Shown piece after piece: positions 21,041 to 34,977 of a DNA stretch of 64,000 nt. Where the stretch lies: NCBI GenBank assembly GCA_048013815.1, contig CM106586.1, positions 12,090,001 to 12,154,000 on the forward strand, given 5' to 3'. The notes under the pieces are model-generated. The model searched no databases. It worked only from the letters and a program-made list of their open reading frames with translations, and had not been told where the DNA came from. Each line of letters begins with the position of its first letter. Within the stretch, counting starts at the first letter, position 1. The DNA comes from Setoptus koraiensis. Lineage: Eukaryota; Animalia; Arthropoda. The position numbers and the translations under genes are program-made.

Positions 21041-21522
21041 CATCCATTGTCATGTTCGATCGCCAATCAAATCTGCGCGCCACAATCTGCGAAGCCATCC
21101 GACGAGCAGCCACAGGTAACCGATGAAGCTTCCGCTTTGGCAGCGCCAATCATGGTTGTATCTCAATGGCTTTGTTGCTTATTTTTCCGTCCGACCTCAT
21201 TGTTGTTGAGAACTCTTCTCTCACAATTGCCTCTCACAAAATTCGGCTTCGACATGACAAATGAACAAAACACAATTTGTCCCGCATCGATACTTGTGAG
21301 ATATTAACATTTCATCGGCACGCTTGTCACCTAATAATGATCACCTTTTATTTCTGCCATTTTGCCTCTGCAACAACGCTCATGGAGCAGCGACCGAATA
21401 GCCTATTCGGAATAGGTGAACCAATTGAACAGCTTGCCACCAGAGTCACAGTTGGCGGTGTGGGCGGAATTTGCGATCTGACAAATTTCTTCGGGTGATC
21501 TCATGAGGAACAGGCAGAGAAA

Positions 21523-22644
21523 ATGGGCAATAAAATAGCCACTTTCTCTGATGAACAATTGGAGTGCTATCAGGACTGTACGTATTTCACGCGCAAGGAG
21601 ATCTTAATGTAGGTATTTGGTGTCGGCTGTTCTCGATTGATTGCACTAACAACAGGACTAACAACAGCATAATAACAGCATAATAACAGCATAATAATAG
21701 CTGATAATAGCTCTAGAATTCAATCATTGACTCGTCGATTTATTGTTGCCGTTATTTTGGCCGTAGTGTGTTCAAGCGGTTCCGCGAATTGGATTCAAAC
21801 AGGATCGAAAAAGTCATGTCCGATGCGGATTGTTCCACCATCAAAGTGGGCCACGACAAGCTCGAAAAGATGGCCGAGCTCAAGGTAACATGTTTTAGCT
21901 GAGGTTTAAATTGATATTTTAACTATTATTATGTCATCGATGCGCATCACAATCTCATCTTTTGCCCGTACTACTCAAATCTTACTTGTTAGGAAAATCC
22001 TCTCAAAGAGAGAATATGCAAAGTTTTCTCTGGCGACAGTAGCGGCGATATGACTTTCGACGATTTCATCAATATGTGCTCGCTATTCAATGAACAATCA
22101 CCCAGGGATACAAAAATACATTATGCCTTTCAAATATACGGTGAGTGAGACACACACAGTGTGTAGCTCATATGCAAGATACACGTATAAAATACATGCA
22201 TGTTTATACAATTTTTATAAAAGAAAAAATATCTACGAACAAACAAATAAATATACCAATATAACAAAAAGTATGCAATATCGGCCTGTTGTGCACAAGT
22301 CAGATTTCGACGAGGACGGTTTCATCGGGATGGACGATCTGAGGAAGACGCTGGTTGCCCTGACCAAGAATCGGTTGACTCACGACGAGGTCACTGTTGT
22401 TTGTAACAAAGTTTTAGAGGAGGCAGATCACGACAACGACGGAAAGATATCATTTCTAGAGTTCAAGCACGTCGTGTCGCGCTCGCCCGATTTCATGAGG
22501 TAACTCTGAGGCATATGCAGATTAATTTGCAATTTGCAATCATAACTTGATCGTTTATCGTAGCAAGTTGCGTGGCATCATAATAACAATTATATGATTG
22601 TTTGTCTCACAAACTCTGACAGTAACTTTCGCATGAGGATCTAG
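21523..22644 (+). CDS. Cib2: Calcium and integrin-binding family EF-hand protein (CIB2/3-like), 5 exons (21523-21608, 21767-21884, 21993-22140, 22304-22499, 22623-22644), 189 aa
   Basis: MGNKIATFSDEQLECYQDCTYFTRKEIL...ENPLKERICKVFS...YAFQIYDFDEDGFIG...EEADHDNDGKISFLEFKHVVSRSPDFMSNFRMRI*. All splice phases are consistent. Paralogue assignment within the CIB family is approximate. Confidence 0.92.
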
Positions 22645-23049
22645 ATGGACACAATGCTCGGCCAATGCGTTCGGATGGGGCCAATCTATTGATGGATGCA
22701 CTATTGAGCAAGCGACGGTGCCAGTGTCCAGCCATGGCACAGATTGGCAGTCGAACGGTATCGATTGTCGCGCATTTATTCTGAATAAATCACAAATATC
22801 AACAATATCACGAATGTCAACAACCAAATCCAATGCGACAATCTGTCTCTTGCAATAGATAAATATCTCTGTCATGTTGCAGTATTCGAACAAGAGCGGA
22901 AATGCGAAGAAGCCGAGCGAGCGACGAGAAGCCGGCCCACCTTGCTCGCGCCTATCTCACGCACAAATCGTATTTTTGGCGGCCGGAGTCTGGCTGCCGG
23001 AGTCTGGCTGCATTCCAACAGTGTGATAAAAAATACAAACTAGTCGGGC

Positions 23050-26000
23050 TGCTGGCATTGCACAGTTGGACTATATCGGTTGGATTGTATGAGTAGTTAG
23101 AGAAACTAACAAATTTCTTGCAGCCTATAGAGTGTATGTTTGCGATTTGTTGTTGCTGTCGAGCACTGGTGAACGACCTTGAATGCTTGCCCGGTCCAAT
23201 GATAATTCCTTTTATCCATCATACAATGTAATATAATGCTCATTATTGTTGCTTATCGCCCTGTATCACCTGTTGCAAAATGCAAGCTTCTCGCTGCTAC
23301 AAGTCGCTGGCAGACAAAACTCGAGTTGTAGTTGCGAGAAAATGCTAGCAAATTGGCGCTTATTCGCGCTGCATTTTGTACTATGCCAACCGACGAGTTT
23401 CACCGACGAGAGTTTCTCTCTGCTTGCTGATGGATGTGGGATGGTTGTTGTGCGATTGTTGTTGGCAAAGGAGAGAAATCGTAACAACAACAAAAGACTT
23501 TCTTTTGTTGTTTCACTGGCACAATCAAAAACTGGCCGCTCGGCGGAATCTCGCTCGATTCGAGAGTGTCGACTCGAGTGTCGACTCGAGTCGCGAGGAT
23601 GCAAACATCTGACCAGTGCCAGCATTGGCAACAGCGGGCATCCTCGACTGGGCACAACGAGTTGCGAGCCATTGCAAAGTGGCCACTGGCCGGCAGATTG
23701 AGCCGACTTGGCCGCACTTTCACTGCGGCTCGGAACGCAAGGCTTGCACTGTGTCGAATTGTGAGGCTCGCATTCTGGCCAATGGCACGGCTTGCAAATA
23801 CGCAGTATCCACGCAAATATCCACGCAAATATCCACGCCGCAAGAGCAATTGTGACTCATTGGGCAACGAGTTGGACTCGGCTTGTTCGCTGGAGCGACG
23901 TCGGAAAGGTCGGACATGATGTAACTAGGCTGTCGTTGTTGTTGCTGTCGTCGCTGTTGTTGGCGTGGCTGTTGTTGCTGTTGATGTGGTCGCTGTGGTC
24001 GCTGTTGTTGGCGGCGGTGCGAAAGTTGTTTCAAATGGCGAGTCTAGAGGATCGCCATTGCAGATCTGACCGGTGACTCGCGACTAAACCAAAGTGCCAA
24101 AGCCACCAAAGTGCCAAAGACAATCTGTTTATCGCCGAGCATCTACAATCGGCTGCTATCGGTTGGCGTCAAATGAGATTTGAGTGAATAAAAAAACATT
24201 TGACGATGTGTATTGGCAATTGTTGGCATAACTCTAGTGGCTCATTTGAATTTATTTGGCCAATAATGCGCCAATAATGATATTTCAAACGAGTGCATGC
24301 AGTGAGTCAATTGTTGGCCCAATGCAGTTGGCAATTGCAGTGAATTGCAATGAATAATTAGATGCATGATTATTAGATATTTGCACATTACACTGCCAAT
24401 TGTGCAATTACTATTACATAATGCATGACCATTCCATTCCATTCTGTTCCGTTCTGTTCCATTCTACTCCATTCTACTCCATTCTACTCCATTCTATTCC
24501 ATTGTATCATGCAACGCAATAATAAATCGCTCGATACTTGCGCTCGATACTTGCGCTCGATGCCAACCGCTGGCCAGCTCGCGAGATGCCAACTCACAAG
24601 TCAGGGCTCGTTCGCCCGACAGACAGAGAAAACAAACGAGCGCGTTTGATTGCGACATGAGCGCTCATTAGATTTCGATGCGAGCTCGCTCTACATTGTG
24701 GCGCTTGTTTGTACGGTTGGCCAGACAGGCCACAATTGGCGTACAGGCGGCCCATTAGATGAGAGAGCCATTGAATGGCATTAATTTAATAGCGATCACT
24801 TGCGATTCAGTCACCTGTCGATTGTTGGCAGCGCCACAATGAGCGCCGACAAAACAACAACAACAACAGCTAACCGTTATATCGAAACACGTTAGCCAGT
24901 GGCTACAATGAGCGATGCGCTTGCCAATTGTTGGCCAGCTCGCTCGTCGGCTGGCTGGCATTTTGCACTTGTTGTTTCCTCTGTCTCTGCTCTCATCTCT
25001 GTCGCTGTCTCTGTCTCTGTCTCTGCTCTCATCTCTGTCGCTGTCTCTGTCGCTTCTCTCAACTCTGTCGCTCCTCTCGACTCGAATCTGTCCCGTGTCT
25101 GCAACCGGCGAGCCGCAAAGGCACTTGCTTCCAATTGACAACACCGACATCAGCTGACTTTGACGACAACTTTGACTCGCAAGCTGCTGCCATGCTACGC
25201 CAAGCCGCTTACGTAACGTCATATGAGGCTCGATTGATGACAATTGTAGCTGCCGTCGTTGTCGTCGTTGTCGTCGTTGTTGCCGTTGTCGCTGTTGGCG
25301 CTGTTGTTTTACTGCGCTCTTTGTCTTGCGCTGTTGCACTTGGCTCGCAACTGGCAACTGGCAACTGGCAACCACTTGTTGTCGTTGCAAAGTATACCTT
25401 GCCATCATTGTTTGCCTTTGTTTGTTGCCGTGCGCTGGGCACCAGGGGAACGCTCGCCAGACAGTCGACTTGTGACAAGCAACTGGCGAGCGAATTGACA
25501 ACAACGCCGAGTAACGGTCTCCGCTCTGTTACATCGGCGCTGTTTGCGTCACTTTAAGCTGCGGGCCACACTTGTCATTAGCGGGCAAGCGAGCCAGCCA
25601 GTCAGACGGACGGACAGAGTAACAGGTCGAGCTTGTCGGCCCAGTTCATTGTATTGCTGGCTGGCGGATTGGCGGATTGGCGGGCTGGCGGGCTCACGGA
25701 GTGACGGGTAGACGCAGCGACGGGCAGACGCAGCGACGGGCAGACGCAGCGACGGGCGGCGAGCTGGCGAGCCGACGAGCAATGGCGAGTTCAAGTGTGA
25801 TCCAATTCGACCGATTCGTTGTTGCCACTGTCGTTGTTGCCACTGTCGTTGTTGTCGTCGTCGTTGTTGCTGTTGTTGTTGCTGTTGTTGTTGTTGTTGG
25901 TGTCGTTGTTGCTGTTGTTGGTGTTGCTGGCTGCGTTGTTGGCAGTGCCGCTGTTGGCTGGGACAAATGCCGTCCGATCGCAGCGGCAACAGTTGCATTG

Positions 26001-29000
26001 TTGGTGTCGCCGTTGTTGCCGTTGTTCAACAACAGTTGTTGCCGTTGTTGTTGCTGTTGCACTGGCGCCGACTGAGTTGATGCCCGGCTCACGATCAACT
26101 ACGCCTTGGCCTTACCTGGCCAATGCGATTGCCCAATTGCGACTGCAGCCTCGCGTCTACAGGTGAGCACACAGACAACAGCCAGCGACACAAAGACACA
26201 GACAGCTAACGGTTTCACTGCTGCCATCAGTGACGTCATCCTATCAAGCCAGGCCGTATCATGTCATCCGATCATGAGCATCCATTGTTCGTCGTCGCTG
26301 CTGTTGTCGCTGCTGTTGTTGCTGCTGTTGTTGTTGTTCAGCAACAGTTGTTGCTGTTGTTGTTGAACAACAACGGTTGTTGCGCCCGGTTGTTGTGTCC
26401 AAGATGGGTATGTGCCGGCCCAATATATTGTATAATACACAAGGCTTATACGCCAATGCAAGATGCATCTCACCTGTCGCTTGTCGGTGTTTATCTCGGC
26501 GTTTGTGTGAAAGTTCAAAATTGAGCCACCGATCCACCGACCGGCCATTTGACATGCGCACCGGCTCAGGCAGCTCGCTGCTGTTTCCACTGCGCGCTGA
26601 GCCAACTGATAAAAGTTTTATCATAAAACTACTAACTAACCAAACTAATAACTAATGAAACTAATAACTATTGAAACTAATAACTAATGAAACTAATAAT
26701 GATATAATCTATAATTACCGCCAAGCCGATCAGTTGCAACAAACAAACAAACAAACAAATACGCGCCGCAATCACCTCTAATCAGTTATAGTGAGCTCAT
26801 TAGAGTTGCGCCAGGCGAGACCAGGTGAGCCAATTGGAAGCGTCACGACCGACACTTGAATCACTGGCAAAAAACATTGATCAATGTTTTTTGCCGGCCG
26901 CACGAATATATTCTGAGTTGCGTCGAGGCCGCAAACGCCAGCCAACAACCGAGCAAACTCTTTATCTCGCTGCACGTCGGCTCGCCAGATTACCTGTGAT
27001 AGTGAGTCACTATTGGATAGTGTTCATATTGTGTCTATGTAACAAGTAACAAGCAACAAGCATCGAGCAAGTCTCAGCCCAACAACAGAGACACTTTTCA
27101 CAGGTGAGTCATGATCTGCAGCAGGCATGAGCTCGGCAGTTGGCAGTCGGCAGTCGGCAGTTTGGGCACGAGGGCAATTGCCCAAACATGAGACACGGCC
27201 GGCTTAAGGTGAGCCGACGGGACTCAAGGTGAGCCGACGAGACTCAAGGTGAGTGTCGGGTCTCGGGGCGCGACTCAAAGCAGTTGCGAGTGTCGGCACA
27301 TGGCCGACTGTTTCACGACGCGTCAGTCGTAATGTGCCAGTCGCACAGTGAGCAAGCTCGACGGAATTCTCACATTTGTTTGTTAATATATTTATTGTGT
27401 GTATTTATGTGTATTTATATTGGTGCTGACAAGGTAAACCTCCTTTCCAGGTACAAAAGAAATTGTGAGAAATATCAAAAATTGGGGCCCGTGGCAGCTA
27501 GTGCAACGGCCGACACTGTCAAGACTGTTTTCGTGCGCGTATCATCGTCATCATCAGCAAGCGATCGATCGACTGGGCGCCAACGACAATTGTAAACAAG
27601 AATCAGAAAACCAACGCTAACTGTCAGCATAGAGTATAATTGTGATTGTTGTTGTTGTTGTTGTTGTTGACACCTATGTGTATAATAATGCATGTTGCAT
27701 AATAATTTGCATGCTGCGCGAAACAAACAATTTCGCCAACACATTGTCCAGTTACAAGTAAAATGTTGCCAGCAAAAACAACAATGTTTGCCTTGTTAGC
27801 AGTAGTAACACGCGTTGTATTGTATCGCATTGCATCATCATTTATTCGTTAGCACGTGGTTACGTTGGCAAGCTCATCAATTGCATCACTGCTTTACATA
27901 CACACAACATACATATACCGGCCAATATAAACAAATATAAACAAGCCAAGTTATTCGCTCAAGTTCGCTCACAAGTGTCAGTTCTCACCAGCGCCAGTTA
28001 CATAACGCAGCAACGCGCGTTGTTGCACGTACATTTTGAGCTGACGGCAAGCACGCGCAACAAAGCACACGCAAGCCACACGAGCCAGCATCATCAGCCA
28101 GCATCATCAGCCAGCATCGTCAGTCAGCATCGTCAGAAATAGTCGCCATTGGCAACGTCGGCCGGCCAGCATCATTATCGTATTGTTACGTGCAAACTCA
28201 TTTTACACGCACCTATCTCGTAATAATATTACGCAAGACCTTACACATTACACAACAGGCACTTGTGCACGTGTTCGGCCCATTCTTCGCTCATAATTCT
28301 TCTCTTCGCTGGGGCGTTCACCTTAATTTACCTGTGTGTTTGTGTGTGTGTGTGTGTGTCGAGTTGCCTATTCTGTGAGCATTGTCAACAATTGCGACAA
28401 GAGCACAAAATTGAGCACAATTTGTCAGTGAAAAAGTCGCTCGCTGCTCGTGTTGCTCGTGCAGTCAGCTGCTTGTGAGGTTAGCCAGCCAGCCTGCTGC
28501 TGCTACGCCCACTACCATACATCACACACACACACATCTATGTATGCACCACAGTATAAATATAGCACCGTTACATAACAATTGTGTGCAACAACATTAC
28601 GTTGCATCACGCTGAGGCTGGTTGTTAATGGCAACGCAACCATGGTGAACTATGGCAAGCGCAGTTGCAACAAACGCAAGTGTCAAAACAAAACAATAAA
28701 AAGCGGCCCAAAATCAGTGTGCGTTGCATCGGTTATTAGAATATCAATATATTAATAGAAGCACAAGGAATCTATTAAATCTAGAAAAGAAAACGACAAG
28801 CAACTTGGCACAAATTCGAGAGTGATCATAATAGTTTTCGTATCGTCATTTTTGCTAATTGTCGACCACGAGCGACACTCAGCAAGCGAGAAAATAAATC
28901 AGCCAAAGAAAAAAAAAATAAAATCAAGAGAATTCATTCGAGAAAATTCATTTAAAAGAAATCATTGTCAAGCAAGCAACAATCAACTGTGATCACAACG

Positions 29001-32000
29001 ATTCGCCGAGTCACACAACTTACATCACATATAGTGGCCAGTGATTCGCAACATTGTCAGGTGAGTGCAGTTCACTAATTACTGTTGTTCGCTTGTTTTT
29101 AATGCGCATTTTTGACGTGACAATCGAGTCACGAGCGAGCGATGTCGGAAATGTCGCAACTATCACATAACTATCGTGTTGTTGTTTGCAATGGTGCGAA
29201 AGTTGTCCGAATTCGATACTGGCCGTTGCTGTTGGTCAGATATCTGACTGAAATGCCAAACAGACAATTTGATTATTTACTGCCGTCTTTTGCTGTCAAA
29301 TCAAATAAATCTGAACAAATTTGATAGTAGTCGGGCTGACAAATTGTGAGAATAATCGCCGAACATGAGACGAGTCTGACAGTACGCGAGAGCGGCTCAA
29401 TTGTTGCGATCTTGGTTTGCAGATCGCAATCAACAATTGTGATTATTGTTAGATATTGACGATATTATATTGTGAGATGAGATATCGCCAGGTTGGTTTA
29501 TGATTTATGAATTTGGCAATTGCGAACAGAATGATTATTATAATATTATCAGTATCAGCGATGTGATAATGACCATTGTGGCCGTAGCGATGAAAGGGCC
29601 ATCCCTTTGTTTGTGCCATAAGACAAATAATAAGTAACAAGTACAAAGTACAAATTATACTATTATTGCCGTTGTTTGCTGTGTGCCGATGATCACAAGT
29701 GAACAAAAATCTCAGAGTTCATGCACCCTAGCTTGTGTTGTGAAGAGCGCCAAATTGGCGCGGCTAATTATCAGTTTTCGCCTTAGTCCTAATTAGTGTG
29801 CTCTAGATTCGGTGCGCTCGTTTCGGGCTAAATTTCGCTTGTATGGTGACTGTAATAATAATAATAATGATGATAATAATAATAATAATGATGCTGATGC
29901 TGATGCTATCATTGCAAGTGCCCAAGTGTTGTTACCGCCACAACTCACGTATCACATCAACGACGGGCCAATTATCGGGCAATAAAAGAATGCGAAAGAA
30001 AGCAAATTTGCTAAACAGCCGAGTCAGAGTCATAATGGCGCCTAGACGTCTCGCCATGAGCCAGGTATTTGTAACGCGATCGGCTGTAATCGGCGCATAG
30101 TAATTTGCATGCGAAACGGTTTATTTGTGAGAGATGCCAGACATTGCCAGATATATACCGATATATCTCGTAATATACCTCGATGTATACATCGAGGCAT
30201 CACGGCTCAAAGTGAGAATAAGAGCGACAAATAATCACTCTAGAAAGTTAGTTTTAAATTTTGAATTTTATTTTAATTTTAATTTCAAGTTGGTGCTGAT
30301 GTAACGCACACTTTTGGCGAAACGATTCGCAATTGATCGACAGAGAACCTGCCGCAACCTGTCGGCGAGGATCAACAGCGAATACAACGATCAATTAATT
30401 TCTCACAAGTCTATGCTGAAAATCCAAATTTTGTTGCTCACTTTCGGCTGCTTCGGTTTGCTTTTTGAACCCGATCTAAATCGGTCGCTGTCGACATTTT
30501 GTTCGTACGAAAATTCGTACGATCGCAAAATCGCCGTGCTGTTTCGCACCATTTCAGACAATATTCTCGGCTAGCTCAATGATGCCGGTGCCATTCAGAC
30601 ATTAGCGACACTTTGTGCCATCCATCTTGTACTGCATTAATACGTTCGTGCTTGTGTGATTACATTTATGATTTATTTATGATTGATGAATTCATACTGA
30701 TTTTTCATACTGGCGACCCCGGCAGATTCCACTGCTGCAAATTGGATATTGCTGCCAGTTGGATATTGCTGCGAATTGGAAATTCTATTTTTGTAAATTT
30801 AATAATTTCAACTGAGCGCAAGCAGCCAAATAACGAAACACGAACGCAACAAACGTAATAATGTCAGTGCTGCCGAGAATTCGCCACGGCGACGCGATAT
30901 CTTATTTATTAGAGTCAATTTATTATGGTCAATGACGGTGCAAACAATTTTACTCTTCATTCACATTGGAGAGCATTGAATTCACGAGTGGCCCTAATGA
31001 TGATTGGCTCAAGTTGCATCACGGACAAACATGTTGTGTTTGTGTTTACTTTGACGAGGCGAAGAGTTACCTGAACGAGTGGCCGGCGATTACATAACAC
31101 ACATTATGCATAATAACATGATTCAATCATCAGTGGCCGATGGAGTGAGCTTTTGTTGGCGTTGAACGGTGTGAATAGTGAGCAACGGTCGCAACTTCCG
31201 CACTGGCCGCCGCAAAATGGCGCATTAACAGTGTTGTTTCGTGTGTGCTTTTTTTAACAACAACGCCAACAACAACGCCAACTGGCAACAGGTGAGATAC
31301 AATTTATCACTAGTGCGTCTATTATTATTTGCTTGCCATTTTGGCTGCTTGTAGCTGACCCATCAGCTACAAGTGTCAGTTCAGAAATAAACCCATGATA
31401 ATGATTTATATCTGACCACAATAGCAACACCGTTACATCAGACACACACACATGAACGCATGATTTGATCACGCAATCCACGCGATTGCCGCCATGTTAC
31501 GGCCGGCCGGCGTTTCATTGAATGACCGCACACATACTATTAAATTGTAAATATCTAGATAATAATAATATTATGTAATACCCTGGCGGCAGTAATGGTC
31601 TTGCACAAACATATAAACAGTATTATGGCACATGCAAGTGCTAAATGCGGCACAGTCTTGCTCGGCATGGCTCGGCACAGAGCAGAAAGTGGCGAGAGGA
31701 GCCTCACGCAATGAAGCTTCGATGTTTCCGCCAACCGCAGACTGTCTGGCGAGCGCATTCGACAGCTACTTTTTGAGCTATTTCTGAGCTTTTGCTGGGC
31801 CATTTCTGAGCTTTTGCCGGGCTATTTCCGAGTTCGAGGCGCAATTGAATGGCCCACGGAATTGAACGGCCAGCCGACAGCGGCATCGGCAAACATGGAG
31901 CGCCGGCAAGCGGATAAACGGCCACCAGCAAACGGATAAACAGCGAGCGGTAGTGTAATTACACAGTGGGCACAGTCGAGATTGAATGAATGGTGGCCAA

Positions 32001-32010
32001 GTTTTAATTC
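23050..32010. repeat. Diverged segmental duplication, copy B (expanded by microsatellites)
   Basis: Same ordered blocks as 16200-21040, spread over about twice the length by (GTT)n, (CTGTCT)n, (CATTC)-like and other short tandem repeats. Confidence 0.7.
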
Positions 32011-34864
32011 TTGGCCGTTTTAGCATCAATTGTCGTCGACGGTGGCTTAGTGTTTGTCTAGTTGCCACTTGGCTGCTTGTGTCCGGCTTAGGCCCGCCAG
32101 ACCGGCAACTAAGCAAACATCATTATCTCTCCGGCGCATTCGCAATAACAGCACAACAACAACAACAACAACAACACAACAACACAACAACACAACAACA
32201 ATATACACAAGCGCCGGTGATGCCTCTGTTGCTGACCACCAAGTGCTTCAACAAGTGCTTGCGATTATGGTAATTGTGGTGCTCACCTGTGCGCCGCTTA
32301 CCTCACTCGCTCACCTATCATTAGATAGTTGACTAATTCGCGCGGCTCCACTCGGCGGCGCGACACATGGCCAGAGTTCATCGACCCTCCACTCACATCA
32401 CTGTTGTCAGCTGTTGTTTTTGAGGCCTCACAACGTTTGTCGGCCGTCACACCGTAATACAGAAAATAATATATGAAATTGCACAGGTAACTTACGTAAC
32501 GTGACGTAACTTACGCAACGCAACGTAACGCAACGCAACGTAATGCAACGTAAGAGTGTATAATCATCATGACAGCCATGACAATAGATGTGCTCATGCC
32601 CATGTGCTCACATTATGCTCCTCATGTACATTGTTTGCCCACTGTGCGCACTGTTGCGCAATCCCGTGTATCAGTGTTGCGCAATCCCGTGTATCAGTGT
32701 TGCGAAAACGCCTGTGTCGGTGTTGCGTAATCGCCCATAATTAGGCCAACTAATGGTTCAACTAACCAACTGGCCGCTCCAATGATAACGTAACTCACGC
32801 CGATTATCGCTGCAGTCTGACAGTGATCACTGCATAATACTCACAAGTATATCATTTGCTCGTGATTTAACAGTGTCTAACGACACCGCGAGCTATCAAT
32901 TGTGCGTTCACGAATTGTCGGCTGAAATCTGTTTGCGTGGAACGTGTTTGCGTGGAACGTGTTTGCGTGGAACGTGTTTGGGCGTGCGATTTGTATGAAA
33001 ACACGCGCAATCCAGTCTTTTTCTGGCAACATTCGAGCGGCTGCCAAATACTGTGAGCCAACTGAGAGGAGCCAACTGAGATTCTAACACTTTCGCCAAG
33101 TGTTTACCTGTAGATGCGATGCCCCCGTGATGCCACAGATCGTCAGTGACCAACTTTGCCGATAATCTCTGCCTTTGCGGCTTCACCTGGCTCGGCTGAT
33201 TTTGCTCGCTTGCACAGAATGGGGCCCGCGATATCAACGCTGCGCCGCTCGCAGCCACATCAACTGCATCGACATCGATGCGATGTGGCGAGGCTAATTT
33301 GTGCAAAGTTCAGTTAGTCACACAGTTGGTATAGATGTGGCCGGCGCAACGAGTCGAGTGGCAACTGCCAACAACAAGACACAATCGCAATTATTGTCAA
33401 ATCGGCAACAACGGCCAGCCAAGCGATTGTTTGGCGCTGTTGTTGTTGTTTGTAATGTGATCAAAGAATTTCGTTTGTGCCAACTGTGTGACGCTTGCCA
33501 GCCTGTAGAGCGACTAGACAGATATTCGCAACGATTACTGACAATAGCAACTATTAAACAGGCAACTTGTTGCCGTTTAATAGTTGCATTTGCAGACAGA
33601 CGCACACTCGCAACAATCCAGCAACCTGTCGTCGTCGTTGTTGTCGTTGTTGTCGTTGTCGTTGTCGTTGTCGTCGTCGTTGTCGTTGTCGTGGTTGTCG
33701 GCGTCGCTGGTTGCGTTGCTGTGGCGGTTGTTGTCGCAGTTGCTGTCGCGCTAGGGCGAACAGTTGCATGGGAGCGGCACAAAAACAACGCCAACAACAA
33801 CAACGCCAACAACAACAACGACGATAACGACAAAGGAGCGAAAAAAAGCCAGCGAATTCTTTTCGGTGGCCTTGAGCCGGCGCTCGCAAGCGGCCTTTGG
33901 CAATCTGTCTGGCATGCAATAGAGTGGCAATCGTTGATTTATCATTATTGTTATCTCATTATCATTGGCTTGCCGGTGCCATTACATGTCAATTACATGG
34001 CTGTTGTTGTTGTGGTTGTGATTGGTGCGCCGCGTCCATGTTACTGTTCGTTGGCGTGACGCATTAATTTTGCATCTCCTAAACCAACCATTTGTGAGTC
34101 GCAGAATGTCGCCCAAACCGGCGGCGCCGAGCTGATCGGCTGATCGCTCTCTACATACGTAATATATATAGTTTGTGTATTATAATTTGGCGTGATGCCA
34201 CACAATGGCACAAACGATACAGATGATACAGATGATATAAACAGTCAGATCAATGCGCAAGAACGGATAACAGATAATGGCCGTAATAGATGATGGCCGT
34301 AATAGATAATGAGCATGGTCAGCGCGACGGCGCAAATGATATATGGTATGATATGGTGGTATGGTGTGATATATGATTAATGTCGCATGGTGTCGATACA
34401 AGAGCGAGATATCATTACATCGAATGGATATATTTGCATTTTGTTTGTTTTGTCGCTTTGTGCAGCGGCCACAACAATTCGCTGAAAATAAGCAAATTTC
34501 GTTGGTTGAGATAGGCGAAATTCGTTGGTTGAAATAAGCAAAATTCGTTGGTTCAAATAAGCAAAATTCGTTGTGGCCGATAATAAACAAAAGAGGGCGC
34601 ACGGCAACGGTTGAGCCGGCAAGAATCGCTCGATCGAGTGAGATATCGATTAGCGACACATTCACCTTTATACCGTATGTAAGGTTGAGTTGTAATGATG
34701 CTCACGACTCGTGACGACTGACAATGCAGAATCGATTGGCACGAAAGAGATAAAATGCCAATCGTAATTAATCGCACTTTTGTCGCACGGGTTCCCGCCG
34801 GTAGGCCGAACCAGTTACAACCGACCGGGCATGATCGGGCCACGGCCGGCTACAATCGGGTCCC

Positions 34865-34977
34865 ATCGACAATGATCGACAACGATCGACAATGATCGAC
34901 AACGATCGACAACGATCGACAACGATCGACAACGATCGACAACGATCGACAATGATCGACAATGATCGACAATGATC
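34865..34977. repeat. 10 bp minisatellite (GATCGACAAY) x ~11
   Basis: Direct reading of the sequence. Confidence 0.95.

Noticed and set aside
15240-21120. A multi-exon plus-strand gene suggested by many cag/GTGAG sites
   Set aside because: Candidate exons contain stops in all frames or fail to join in phase, and the same motif occurs on the minus strand. Retained only as a motif finding.
16680-23664. Identical 20-mer cgactgggcacaacgagttg as a conserved microRNA
   Set aside because: It matches no mature miRNA I recall and I see no convincing precursor hairpin around either copy. A miRBase or small-RNA check would settle it.
24425-24500. (CATTC)-like pentamer run resembling human satellite II/III
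   Set aside because: Only ~75 bp and degenerate; an ordinary microsatellite rather than contamination or a satellite block.
33318-33833. Apparent signal peptide plus Thr-rich mucin ORF on the minus strand
   Set aside because: It starts at TTG with no in-frame ATG, and both the hydrophobic stretch and the Thr run are readings of microsatellites.
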